DNA from: Paraspadella gotoi
Taxonomy: Eukaryota > Animalia > Chaetognatha
DNA length: 64,000 bases
Direction: 5' to 3'
NCBI GenBank assembly: GCA_051294375.1
Contig: CM119265.1
Span: forward strand, 5,067,505 to 5,131,504
This document shows, piece by piece, positions 51,972 to 64,000 of the stretch; within the stretch, counting starts at the first letter, position 1; each line of letters starts with the position of its first letter. The notes beneath the pieces were generated by a model. It saw only the letters and a program-made list of their open reading frames with translations. It was not told the DNA's origin and did no database searches. A program made the position numbers and the translations under genes.

Positions 51972-54593
51972 CTGTCATGTATTGAATCGTCAACATCTCC
52001 CAATTGGGATGAGGACGATGACGACGACGTCGACGAACGAACTGAAATATTGACTTTAGGAACAACCGAATTGACATCGAATTCTTCACTTTTTGTAAAT
52101 TCGAATAAAAACGTTCAAGGAAAGTTAACTCTGATATCTTACAGATTTCAAATTTTCGACTTCGCGCCAAAGTCACAGAAAAAAAAGAAGTTCTTTCCGA
52201 ACTCTCTTTTCCTCCGCGTTTCCTGTACACAGCGTCTTTTCGCGCCGCCACAACTTCCGTTTTATTGGACGCCGAGCGCCGGGCGGTCCTTTGGTCCAGC
52301 GACGCCGCCGCTCTTGAAAGGAGCACCGCTGGACGAAAGCGGGATGGCGTCAACGACGCCGGTTATTGAAACGCCCCCCTTTTCGCGGTCGCCATTGTGC
52401 CACGCACCCCCTCTATCGCCAGCGACTTATTTCCGTTTCCATCCAGCGTCGCTTTCATTTCTTTTGAAGGCGATTTTTCAAGTCATTTCGAAGAAAAGAA
52501 AAAAAAAAGAGGAAATGGAACGCATTTTTTTTTTTGGTCCCTGCATTTTTATTATTTTCTTTATGCTAACGGGATCGAGTTTCGCGCGGAAATATTCCTT
52601 TATGTTCATTTTTGGAAAGGCGGGACGGGGACTGCGGAGGTTAAGGCAAAATAGTAAATTTATATTGTCAATATTTCACATTTCACAGATTAGGTGAGAA
52701 TATGCTCAAACAAATTTATCCTTTTTATAGATCTTCACAGTCGTTCTGCTAATTTGCTTTATCTTCTCTCGTCTCATCTACCTTCTCTCTCTATTCCTGT
52801 CTCGCTTCTCTCTCTCTCTTCTCTCATCCCTTCTCTCCTCGTCTCTCTGTTACTCCCCTCTCCCACACCCATTATTCCCCACCTCGTCTCCCTCTATTCT
52901 ATCCACGGACTCATTTAAAGTCCCGCCTTTCTTAATATCCCAACTCCCATTTTCCCGCTCCCTTTTCCCTCTTTTTCCCCTCTTTTTCCCCTCTTTTTCC
53001 CCCTCTCATAAACCCCGCTCCGATTTCTAAATCCTATTTCTCTTTTTCCCTTATAATCCTCTTATCCCTTTCGGTTTTCCTCCCCTTTTTTTTCTTTCCT
53101 TTTTTCGCCCTTCTCCTTTTCCTCTTTCGCGATTCCTTATTCGTTTCGTTTTGATTTTTCAACTTTGTTTTCTATGTTTTCTTTTTAAAGCTTTCTGTTC
53201 TTCACGTTAAACCCCCTAGAATCCTTACCACTTTCAGAAACTCAATCATCAGTTACACATCCATTAACTTCTTCCGGTTTTCACGAATAAAAAAAGGAAA
53301 TAAATAGCTTGCGGTGTCAGTGACTCGAGATGGAATATCTCCGTCTCTGTCTCTCTCCATCTCTATCTCCATCGTTTCTTCATCCAGTTTTCTCGAATGG
53401 AACAAACCATTCCGAGTCGTTGTTCCGTTTTCATCTTTTATGTTTTAAGCCTCTAATGGAATCTTGGACCGGCAATTTCCTCTCACAGTTTTTTTATTAA
53501 TGGAATTTTCGGTCCATTCTTCATTGACCGGCGCGGAGATTGATATATTCTTTTTATCATTTATCATAACATTGTTAAACTCTTGTATTCTTCCCAAAAT
53601 CTATATTTGATCTTTGTCTTTTAATAAATAGACGCTGTTTCCTATTTAGATCTCAGATGAAAAAAAAATTAAAGGTCGGAAAGCGCAGAGAAAAAAAAAT
53701 GGTAAAAAATTTAGAAGTTATTAATTATCGCCTAAATATTTTAGTTGATTTTTTTCTCCGGTTTCCCTCAGACCGTCAGACCCTGTTTCTTGTTCGACTC
53801 TTTTCCCTCACTCTCTCCCTCTCCAACTCTCATCCCTACCCAGTACCCACCCATCGCTACACTCCAGCCACCCCACCCCATTCCAACGAACTGCTAAGAA
53901 AAGAGATTCGTTTTGATTTTCGAGCCAGCCGCCGCTCCCTGCCGCCACCGCCGCCCCAGCGCCGCCTCCCCGCCGCTCGTTTTCTCCTTTTTTGTCATTT
54001 CGGTCTCCGTGGAAACCGTGAAATGGATTTCCGAGCTCGTGGCCCGATTCACCTCGCGAGGTCGAATCCGCTCTCATTCACGCTGGGGGGGAGAAGTGGG
54101 GAGAAAAGACGGGGAGGGGGTTAGAGGTTTGGAGAAGGGGGGGAAAGGGGTCGGGGAAAATGGGAGAGGAGATCCAAAGGACTTCCCGCTAAGAATGGGA
54201 ACAATTCCGAGGTGAACCACCTGTTGAAAGCGGAAGAATGAAAACGAAACGACGTCGAACAAAGAATAACTGCTACGGCGTGCCACGGCCTGCCACGCCC
54301 AAAATAGCTGATATGAGCCGTGAATAGGTAAATTCCTCCGTGGTCACGCCACCCCGAGAAAATAGGCGCCCTTAACCGCGCCTCCTTTTTCCTCGTTTAA
54401 TTTTTTTCCTTTCCTTTCCTTTCCTTTCCTTTTCCATACTAAAAAGAACCGATTCGCCCGCCCCATGCCCGAGAATGCACCCGACGTTCAGTGCACCCGA
54501 ATTGCATCTCCAAATGGGGCTCATTCTTTCACCCCTGGAATACGACGCCAACGCGTTAAGTAAACAAAATTCTTCAATTTGATTCCGTCGAGA

Positions 54594-54634
<41 letters not shown>

Positions 54635-55257
54635 AACCGTCGAAGGCCTTGGCTTCGCGCCTCGTTTCGAATGAAATGCTTAAATTCTCTTGGAAACGCT
54701 CCAATTTTTCTTCTTTTTTTTGTTGCCTTGGAATTTATCTCTTTCCAAGGTTCAAGAACCTCGAATTGATAATAACGACCTCAATTAAACGTAAACTATG
54801 AATAATTTGTTGTTTAAATTAGAATAATTTACTTATTCCCGTAAATTTTTCAATTTATGTTAGTTATTTAATCACGTGAGTTTCTAATATATAAAAGATA
54901 AACAGAGAACTGATGCGTCGAAGGTTATTACCTAGTTTCAATTGGATTGATAAAAGCAAAGAAAAAAGAATTTTGGCAAATCATAAACAGATGAGAATGA
55001 GATGAAAAATAAATTAGTATTTATGTCAAGGTAGTTTAATCGCGAGAGAAAGGGTTTACTTATTATTATTATTTATACTTCATGGTTAAACTGGCCAAAA
55101 CATCTTTGTGAAATCTCAGTTAGGAAAAAAACCTGTTGGATATCAGTCTGGCCGACGACGACGACGACGACGACGACGACGAAAAATACGAGCGCACGTG
55201 ATTGACAGAAACGATGACAGCAGTAAAGTGAAGATGATAACCCTCAAAGCACGAGAT

Positions 55258-55296
<39 letters not shown>

Positions 55297-55525
55297 CCTT
55301 GATATAAAATCGGGCGATCTCTCGAAAAAAGTATTAAATCCGTCGGCGAGGAGGAGAGAGGAGCTGGGAGAGGAGGAGAGAGGAGCTGGGAGAGGAGGAG
55401 AGTGGAGCGGAGAGAAGTTGAAAAGGAGCTGAAGAGGAAACGAAGCAGGAGCGAAGAGATCGTAATCACGTGATTCGGATTCATCTGACCTGGATCTCTC
55501 GCGTCGTGAGAGAGAGAGAGAGAGC
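51972..55525 (-). repeat. Arm E' (inverted copy of 39555-43570)
   Basis: Reverse-complement match to arm E. Confidence 0.93.
54594..54633 (+). repeat. (GAC)n microsatellite; also 39110-39135, 40793-40825, 55153-55180, 55262-55293
   Basis: Directly visible. Confidence 0.97.
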
Positions 55526-55566
55526 GTCAACCAGACCGGAAATCATGAACGGGAAGAATATTTTGG

Positions 55567-55607
<41 letters not shown>

Positions 55608-56480
55608 GAGAGAATGAAACAAGAAAAAAAAGAAAACCGTAAAAATGGAAGTGGAATAAAGAAAGAAGGTTTTTCCATCGTTTGAATGCGAATTGCTATC
55701 GCCACCACCGAGAGGAGGGGGGCGGATAAGGGTTCAACCGACAGTTTGGCCATAAGTTTGGCCAACAGTCTGGCTCATAGTTTTGACCCACTATTTCGTA
55801 GTTTGCGACATGACGCGAAAGTTACCCAAAAATAGCAGAAAAAAATTTAAAAATTTAGCATTTAAAGTTTGATAGAAAATCGTTGATGAAACACATTTAG
55901 CGTCGGCGATACACGATTTGTATTAAAAGATGAACTCTGGGGGGACCTCGTTTTAGACGGGTTCTCGTCATAACCCATAAAAATATAGAAAAGCCGAGGA
56001 AAAAAAGCAGTTTGCTTCGAAATTCGGCTCAAATATTCAAAATAGGCAGCGCGAACGAGAGAGCCGTGAACGATATGTACGGAGAAAGCGAGAAAGATAG
56101 AGAGCGAGAGCGGGAAAGATAGAGAGGGAGAGGAATGCGCCGGGAGGAGGCTCGACAGGCGACGCCCATTATAATCCTCCAATAATCGTCTCATAACTCA
56201 AACTCGGGCCTCCCAAGATGGAAAGAGGTTTTGGGGGCGGGGGAGTTGGAAGGGGTGGGGTGGAGAGAGGGAGAGTTGAAAGAAAAATAGGAAAGAAGGG
56301 AAGAGAGAGAGAGGGACTGAGAGAAAAGAGGAGGTGTGAGAGAGAAGGGGTAAAGATAGTCCGGAGAAGGGAGGAGACAAGCGGCAGAAAATTCTGCTCA
56401 TTATTATTACCCAATTCGTTATTCCGGGAGAAGTTTGGATCGGGGTACGGCATGAGGGTAAGAATAATTATGGCATTGGA

Positions 56481-56590
56481 GAGGTTAAAGGTGGGGGAAG
56501 TTAAGGGGAGGGCGAGGTTAAAGGTGGGGGAGGTTAAGGGGAGAGTGAGGTTAAAGGAAAAGAAGGTGGGGGTTACAGAGGAGGTTACAT
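56481..56590 (+). repeat. G-rich ~33-bp tandem repeat (GAGGTTAAAGGTGGGGGARGTTAAGGGGAG), about 2.5-3 units
   Basis: Directly visible; a noisy copy is at ~63215-63330. Confidence 0.75.
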
Positions 56591-59419
56591 AATGAGTTTA
56601 GTGACGAGGAACGGTCTTGATTGACATAGGTTGTAGGAAATATTCCTATTACTTTCTAGAATCGCTTCATTACGATTGACTCGTGCAAAGACCTTCTCAC
56701 CGAGGTCAAAGCCAAGTCCCTTCCGAGTCAATATTTTAGGTGAATTCGTTTTATTATCCGTTTCATTATCTTCTCATATCCTAATGAACAATGTCCGAAT
56801 GTGTGATTATGAAACGTTTTTTTAAAAGAATTCTCGATTCCTATTGGTAAATGGGATTATCAAGAAATCCACTTCGCGGCTTTAGTCTATCAATTATAGA
56901 ATTTCTCTCGTTTTTAGATTTAGAGGAGTTCAAAAAAAAAAAAAAAAAGAAATCTCTGCACGAGCCGAGAACGATTTCATTATCTTCATTGTTTTTTTAA
57001 ATCTCAACGACTTTTCATATTCCCTCGCGTAGAAAATATTTCGCGAAGCCTAACGACGAATAAATTTGATGGGAGTGAATTAAAATCTCGAGCGAGCTAT
57101 TGCGAATGTCGGAGAAATTCAGGTGGGGGAAATGAAGGGGAGGTCGGTGGGAAGGTGGGGTCTGTAGAGGTAGATGGGCAGGTGGTAGAGAATAGATGAT
57201 AGGGGAAAAGGGTATGTTGAAAAGGAAGAAGGGATTCGTATGAAGGAGGGGATCAGGATTAGACGAAAGAGAAGGGAATATAGGATGTCAGAAGAAGGAG
57301 ACTGGTTGGTGAGTTTCGTTGAGAAAAAGGATGGGTAAGTTAAAGTAAAAAAAACTAGGGCGCTGATAGTAAAGAATAAATGGGTTTCTTTCTGATATAA
57401 AATATATAAAAAAAAAAAAAAAAACGAAAAGAAAGGAAAACTATCGGAATAAAGATTATAAAATATTTAAAATAGTTCTAGAAAGGGAGAGGACAACTTC
57501 GATTTCCCTGCAATTCAGTTCATTATTCAAAGATTGATAGAAAGACAAAAAGCAAAAGTCTGACGCCGAAAACAGGATGACTACGCCATACCGACGCCGC
57601 TACGACGACGTCGCCACGACGACGCCGTCACGGTATCGTCGTGCGTCGTCTCTCTTTCACCTTAAGTGATTCACGGATGATTTTCGAGTGATTTTCAAGG
57701 TGATTTCGAAGCCATTAAAAGAAAAAAATGNNNNNNNNNNAAATGAGTCCCACCGTTCCGCTGATGCGAGGATCTCGGGGAATTTCGCCTCGAAAAAAGA
57801 AAAAAAAAACCGACTTCGTCGAAAAGAGGGTGGAATTTTATGGAGTCAGGGGGAAAAAGGATGAAGGAAAAAGGATAAAATGATGTTATGAATAAAAAAC
57901 ATGTTTAAAGCGACGTATGTATCATTTCGGCAAAAGCGGTGCTATTAAACGGGGAATAAGAAAAAGAAGGGGCAAGATACTGAAAATAATGGATAACGCA
58001 TAAAACCGAGATATTCTTGATCAGTGATTAAGTCGTCGGGTTGAATGGAATGAAACGGGGGAGACTGGGTGACTGACTGACTGACCGACTGTTGGATAGA
58101 GATGGAATATGATAAAAATGGGTGGAGTCAGTGACAAGGCCCAAAACTCCAAACGAGAGAGTTTTTTTTTTNNNNNNNNNNNNNNNNNNNNNNNNNGCTT
58201 CGTCGACGCTCCTCAACAACCGGGGAATATTAAAACAACCTTTATTTCTATTTTTTTTTTCCTCATCCTTATTTTTTTTCTTATATTTGATATTTTATTA
58301 ATTTTAATCGGAAGGGGCTTTTTTCTTTTATCATTTTAGCTTTGTATCGAGGCTTCCTGCACCGGAAAGTCGGCCACTGAATCTCGCTTTAAAGCGACAC
58401 GCGGATGGAAGGGCGATGGTTACGCGATATCAGGGTTTTTCCATGAGAGAGAGAGATTTGAGAGAGAGAGAAATGCCAGAGAGAGAGAGAGAAGAGAGAG
58501 TCTTTCGCAATATATATCATTCATTTCTTTATCCATTTCTTAGCAATTATCTCGGCTTATAATCGCGAGTAAGACATACAGACAATTCTTCAAGTTTGGA
58601 GCCTTAAATTGCGAGACCTATATCATCCTACAAAATGTTGAGACCCTGAATGAACGCTAGACTTTAGTTATTTTACCAGTACTCACAAAAATGTCAAAAA
58701 TTCAGTAGATACACACTTCCTCGTCTTATAAATTATGAATCTAGCATTATTATCGTATCACGACGAGCATGTTCATTCACCGAAATTAAACGCTATCTTC
58801 ACTTTTATCAACCGGAATATCAAGTAATCCCCTAAGGTTTTGTATAAACTTAAGCTTACGTTAGACGTATTGACACTTTCACAAAATAGAGCCCCAAGCG
58901 AAGAAATGCCCGCCACATCATTATCGACACATTCATACTGCAGCATAAGCATTCTGACAGATAGAAACGGTAACTCACGAACTGCGCACGCTCGCCAGAC
59001 ACTTACAGAACCAATGTCATCTCAATACCTAACAGCGTACTGCAATTAAGTTTCTGACTCTTACTAATATCCGTATCCGTATCTATCTTTTGAACTGCAT
59101 AGACTGATCCCTTGTTATGTATATTTGTGGCTTTCCTTCTGTATCTTTGTATTAAGCGCGTAGAGCGACGTTATCGGATTTCTCACATGACGCACTCATT
59201 ATCGGCGCTAGTCAAGATGCAGTACGCACATGCAATGTACAACCTATGTTAAAGACACGACGACGATAGAGACACCGAAATCAACGTGACATGTTGCCAA
59301 ACAACACATTAAGAAACTTGCCTTAACGCCTTAAAACGGCGGTCGGCTTTTCATTGTTTCGTCGTATTTCTCGGCGTTGGCCAGACAACGCCCAAAAGTC
59401 ATTTCTGCTTTCACAAGAA

Positions 59420-59833
59420 ATAAACAAAGCTATGATTAATCTTTGGAATCCTTCCTAGGAATTGTTAACCGTGGTTCATCAGCCCGTTACTACACCGAAC
59501 GTACGAGCGTTCAGAAAATTACTGGAACGAACGAACGATGACGTCTTCGGTAGCTCCACGCCCAAGTTAATTAATGCTTTTTATTTAATTTAATCAGCGA
59601 AAAAAAAATAACGAGAGGTCGTTAAAGAAAGACTTCAAACGTTACTTAGCCGCTAATGACGGTAGAAATCTCATTATAGCCGTGTTTCTCCTTTTTTTTC
59701 GCTTTATTCAGCAAAAAAAACTAAGAAAAACTAAGAAAGTCGTAATTTTCGAGCTCGTTACGTTCGGGTGAACGGGCGATGACCACGGTTCACAATTCTA
59801 GAAGGATCCAAAGATTAATCATAGCTTTGTTTT
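59420..59833. repeat. ~410-bp fold-back palindrome
   Basis: aaacaaagctatgattaatctttggaatcc (59422) versus ggatccaaagattaatcatagctttgttt (59804-59832); the inner arms are noisy. Confidence 0.8.
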
Positions 59834-62800
59834 CATACTTTTAATGTTTAACCTCAGCGAATGGAAGCTTGACCGGCAATTTCCCTCACAGTCTTTTGTG
59901 TTATTAAAGATCCGGAATTTTCGGTGCCATTCTTCATTGACCGGTCTTCGCGGAGATTGATTATTCTTTTTATCATTTTATCATAACATTTTAAACTCTT
60001 GTATTCCTTCCTCCAAAATCTATAGTCTGACTTTGTCTTTAAGAAATAACTCACGACTGTATTTCCTATTTAGACTCTCACCGAGAAAAAAAAAAAAATA
60101 CAAGGTCGGGAAAGTCGAGCAGAGAAAAAAAAAATGGTAACAAAATAAAGACAGTATATTAATTTCGCCATAATATTGTTAGTGTGATTTTTTCTCCGGT
60201 TTTCCCTCCGCGAGAGCCGATACAGACGCAAAGCTGTTCTTGTGCGCCCAGAGCTCTGTTTCCCTGCACTCTCTCCCCTCCATCCACCCTACCCAGTACC
60301 AACCGTCTATCCCACGCATCCAAAATGTCGCGGCCCCGCCACGTTACCAATACTCACCAGCCACCTACACCACCCATTCGCAACGAACATGACTAAGGAA
60401 AAGAGATTCGTTTTGATTTTCGAAGCCAGCCGCCGCTCCTGCCGCCACCCGGACGCCGCCCCATCCGGCGCGCCGCCTCCCGCCGCTCGTTTTCTCCTTT
60501 TTGTCATTTCGGTCTCCGTGGAAAACCGTGAAATGGATGTTTCCGAGCTGTGGCCGCGATTCACTCGCGGGTGGTTCGAGAGATCCGGCTCGTCAATCAT
60601 TCACGACTGGGGGGGAGAAGTGAGGGGAGAAAAGAGGGGAGGGGGAGTTTAGAGGTTTGGAGAAAGGGGGAGCACGAAGGGGACGGGGAAAATGGAGAGA
60701 GGAGATCCAAAGGACATTCACCGCTAAGAATGGGACAAATTCCGAGTGAAGCCACTGTTAAAGCGGAAAATGAAAACGAACGAACGGTCGAAACAAAGAA
60801 TAACTGCTACGGCGCTGCCACGGGGCCTGCCACGCCCACAATAGCTGATTGAGCCGTGAATAGGTAAAGTGTCGCTTCCGTGGTCACGCCACCGGGCGCG
60901 AGAAAATAGCGCCCTTAACCGCGCCTGCGCGTTGTCTCGTCGTTTAATTTTTCACTTATCCTTTCCTTAAATCCTTTCCTTTTGCACATACTAAATGAGA
61001 GATATACGCGAGGAAAGGCGCGATTCGCCCCGCCCCATGCCCCGCAGAATGCACGCGCATTCAGTCGCAAATCCCCGAATTGCATCTCCAAGATGGGCCG
61101 ATTGCTTTACCCCTGGAATACGACGCCAACATGCAGCGTTAAGTAAAACAAAATTCTTTCAATTTGATTACGTGAGAACGACGTGTACGACGCACGACGA
61201 CGACGTGACGACGTGACGAGACCGACGACAACCGTCGAAGGCCTTGGCTTCGCGCCTCGAAATTTTCGAATGAAATGCTTAAATTCTCTTGAAACAGCCT
61301 CCAAATTTTTCTTCTTTTTTTTTGTTGGCGGTTGGAAATTTAATCCTTTTTCCAAGGTTCAAAAGAACCTCGAATTGATATATAACGACCTCGATTAAAA
61401 TAAACTATGAAAATAATGTATTGTTTAAATAGAATAATTTACTTATTCCCGTAAATTTTTCAATTATATGTTAGTTATTTAATCACGGTAGTTTCTAAAT
61501 AATAAAAGATAAACATGAGAACTGATAGGCGGTCGAAGTTATTAACCTAGTTTTCAGTTGTTGAATAAAAGCAAAAGAAAAAAGATTTTGGCCAAATCAT
61601 AAACAGATAGAATGAGATGAAAATAAATTAGTATTTTATAGTCAGTAAGTTTTACGCGAGAGAAAGGAGGTTGTACTTATTATTATTATTATACTTCATG
61701 GTTAAGCACGGGCACAAAAAACATACTTGTGAAATCTCAGTTAGGAAAAAACCTGTTGAAATATCAGTCGGCCGAAGCGAGTCGACGGACGACGACGACG
61801 ACGACAGGAAAAAATACCGAGCGCAACGTGATTGACAGAACGATGGACAGCAGTAAAGTGAAGATGATAACCCCAGAAAGCCACGAAGATGGATATCGAC
61901 GACCGACGACGACGACGAGACGACGCGAGCCTTGATATAAAATGCGGGCGAGTCTCCGAAAAAAGGTATTAGATCCGTCGGCGAGGAGGAGAGAGGACTG
62001 GAGGGAGGAAGAGGAGCTGGGAGAGGAGGAGAGTGGAGACGAGAGAAGTGAAAAGGGAGGCTGAGAGGAGAGACGAAGCGGGCAGCGAGAGAGCGTAATG
62101 GCACGGTGAGTTGCGGATGTGCATTGCCTGACCTGGATGCTCTGCGCGTCCGTGAGGACAGAGAGGAGGAGAGCGTCAACCGGCAGACCGGGAAATCAGG
62201 GACGGGGAAGAATATGTTTGGGGGTGGGGATGTAGAGGAAGAGAGAGAGGGGAGTGAGAGAGGAATGAAACAAGAAAATATAAAAGAAAACCGTAAAAAT
62301 GGAAGTGGAATAGAAGAAAGGAGAGGTTTTCCATCGGTTGAATGCGAATAGCTATATCGCACCAACCGTGCGAGAGAGGGGGCGATATAGGGTCACGAGC
62401 CAGTTTGGCCATACGATTTGGCCCAACAGTCTGCTCATAGTTTTGACCCCCTATTTCGTAGCTTTGCGGACAATGACGCGAAACACCACAAAATAGGCAG
62501 AAAAAAATTTAAAAAATTTAGCTTTATAAAGTGTTTGATCACGAAAATGCGTTTGTGAAACACATTAGCGTCGGTCAACACGATCTTGTATTAAAAGATG
62601 AACTCTGGGGGGACCAGGCATCGTTTTAAGACGGGTCTCGTCATACAGGCCATAGATATAGAAAAGGGCCGAGAAAAAAAGCAGTTATGCTTCGAAATTT
62701 TCGCTCACAATAATCAAAATAGGACCAGCGTCGAACGAGAGAGCCGTGAACGATAGTGTACGAGGAGAAAAGCGAGAAGATAGGAGCGAAGAGCGGGAAA

Positions 62801-64000
62801 GATAGAGAGAGAGAGGAAATGCACGACGTTGGTAGAGGCTCAACAGCGACGCCATTATTAATCCTGCCAAATCGTCTTCTAAACTCAAACTGTCGGCGCC
62901 TCCAAGATGGGAGAATGTACCCCGTATATTGGGGGCGGCGAGGGGAGTTGGGAAAGGAGGTGGGGTGGAGAGAGGGAGAGGTAGAAAGAAAAAATAGGAA
63001 AGAGGGAAGAGAAGAGAGAGGGACTGGAGAAAAGAGGAGGTGTGAGAGAAGGAAGGGGGTAAAAGATAGTCCGGAGAAGGAGAGGAGACAAGCGCAGAAA
63101 ATTCTGCTCTTTATTATTACCGTTGTTTTCTTCAATTTTCTGTTTAGTTCCGAGGAAGAGTTGATTCTGGGGTATAAACGCCGCAGGAGGGTAGAATAAT
63201 CTATGGGATTAGTGAGAGAGTTAAAGGTGGGACGAAGTTAAGGGGAGGGCGAGGTTAAAGGTGGAGGAGGTAAGGGAGAGTGGAAGTTGTAAAGGAAAGA
63301 AGGTGGGTGTCATCAGAGGAAGGTTACCATAATGAGTTTAAGTGACGAGGAAACGGTCTTGATTGACATAGGTTGTAGGAAATAGGTTCCTATGGACTTA
63401 TCTGAGAATCGCTTCATGTAGATTGAACATGCGTGCAAAGACCTCTCACCGAAGCGAAGGAGGCCGAAGTCCTCCGAGGTCAATATTTATAGGTGATTCG
63501 TTTATTATTCCACGTTTCAATTATCTATCTCATACCTAATGAACTATATGTCCGAACAATGTAGTGAGTTATGAAAACGTTTTTTTAAAAGAATTCTCGA
63601 TTTCTAATTGGTAAAATGCGGACAATCAAGAAATTCCCACTTTAGCGCGGCTTTAGTGCTATCTAATTATAGGAATTTCTTCTCGTTTTAGATTTATAGA
63701 GGTAGTTCAAAAAAAAGAAAAAAAAAAAGATCTCTGCACGAGCCGAGAACGAATTGTCATTCTATCTTCATTGTTTTTTTAAAATCTCATCGACTTTTCA
63801 TATTCCCCTTCGGGTAGAAAACAAATATTTCTGGGCGACAAGCCTAACGAACGAATAGTAATTGATGGGAGTGGATAAAATCTCGAGCGAGTTTCGGACA
63901 GGTCTGGAGCAAATTCAGGTGGGGGAGAATGAAGGGGAGGTCGGTGGGAAGGTGGAGGTCTGTAGAGGTAGAATGGGCAGGGTAGAGAATAAGATGAGAG
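59830..64000 (+). repeat. Direct, insertion-rich copy of 53429-57200 (third copy of part of E)
   Basis: Colinear from tttcat...gaccggcaattt to ggtagagaata. About 4170 bp versus about 3770 bp, so the differences are mostly insertions. Confidence 0.93.

Noticed and set aside
55108-55302. Small basic/acidic protein (poly-Arg plus poly-Asp)
   Set aside because: Both tracts derive from (GAC)n microsatellites read in different phases, and the frame is not kept in the other copies.
56481-56590. Telomeric or interstitial telomere repeat
   Set aside because: The unit is about 33 bp and lacks regular TTAGG/TTAGGG periodicity.

Overview
Eukaryotic, probably invertebrate-metazoan, draft-assembly sequence. 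It is rich in (GA)n/(GAC)n microsatellites, has many N gaps (six of exactly 25 N) and long indel-riddled stretches typical of uncorrected long reads. No intact host gene, RNA gene or CRISPR array can be supported, and most ORF-track entries are microsatellite or gap artefacts. Recognisable content: (1) a Jockey/I-group-like non-LTR retrotransposon (three-CCHC ORF1, APE endonuclease, RT), near full length at ~12.2-17.5 kb and again as a 5'-truncated copy at 8.1-12.0 kb; (2) a 2.4-kb non-autonomous Mutator/Foldback-like TIR element (18309-20687) with a ~9-bp TSD, whose empty site lies in the same window inside a YY1/ETS/CRE promoter-like VNTR; (3) several CpG-rich promoter-like patches and a few candidate exons; (4) a recurring 'arm - spacer - inverted arm' architecture plus direct duplications. 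Item 4 is most likely a gap-filling, orientation or haplotype artefact rather than biology. The best-supported real novelty is the polymorphic TIR element. The LINE's apparently doubled endonuclease N-terminus is a weaker lead. I found no convincing new multi-gene system.
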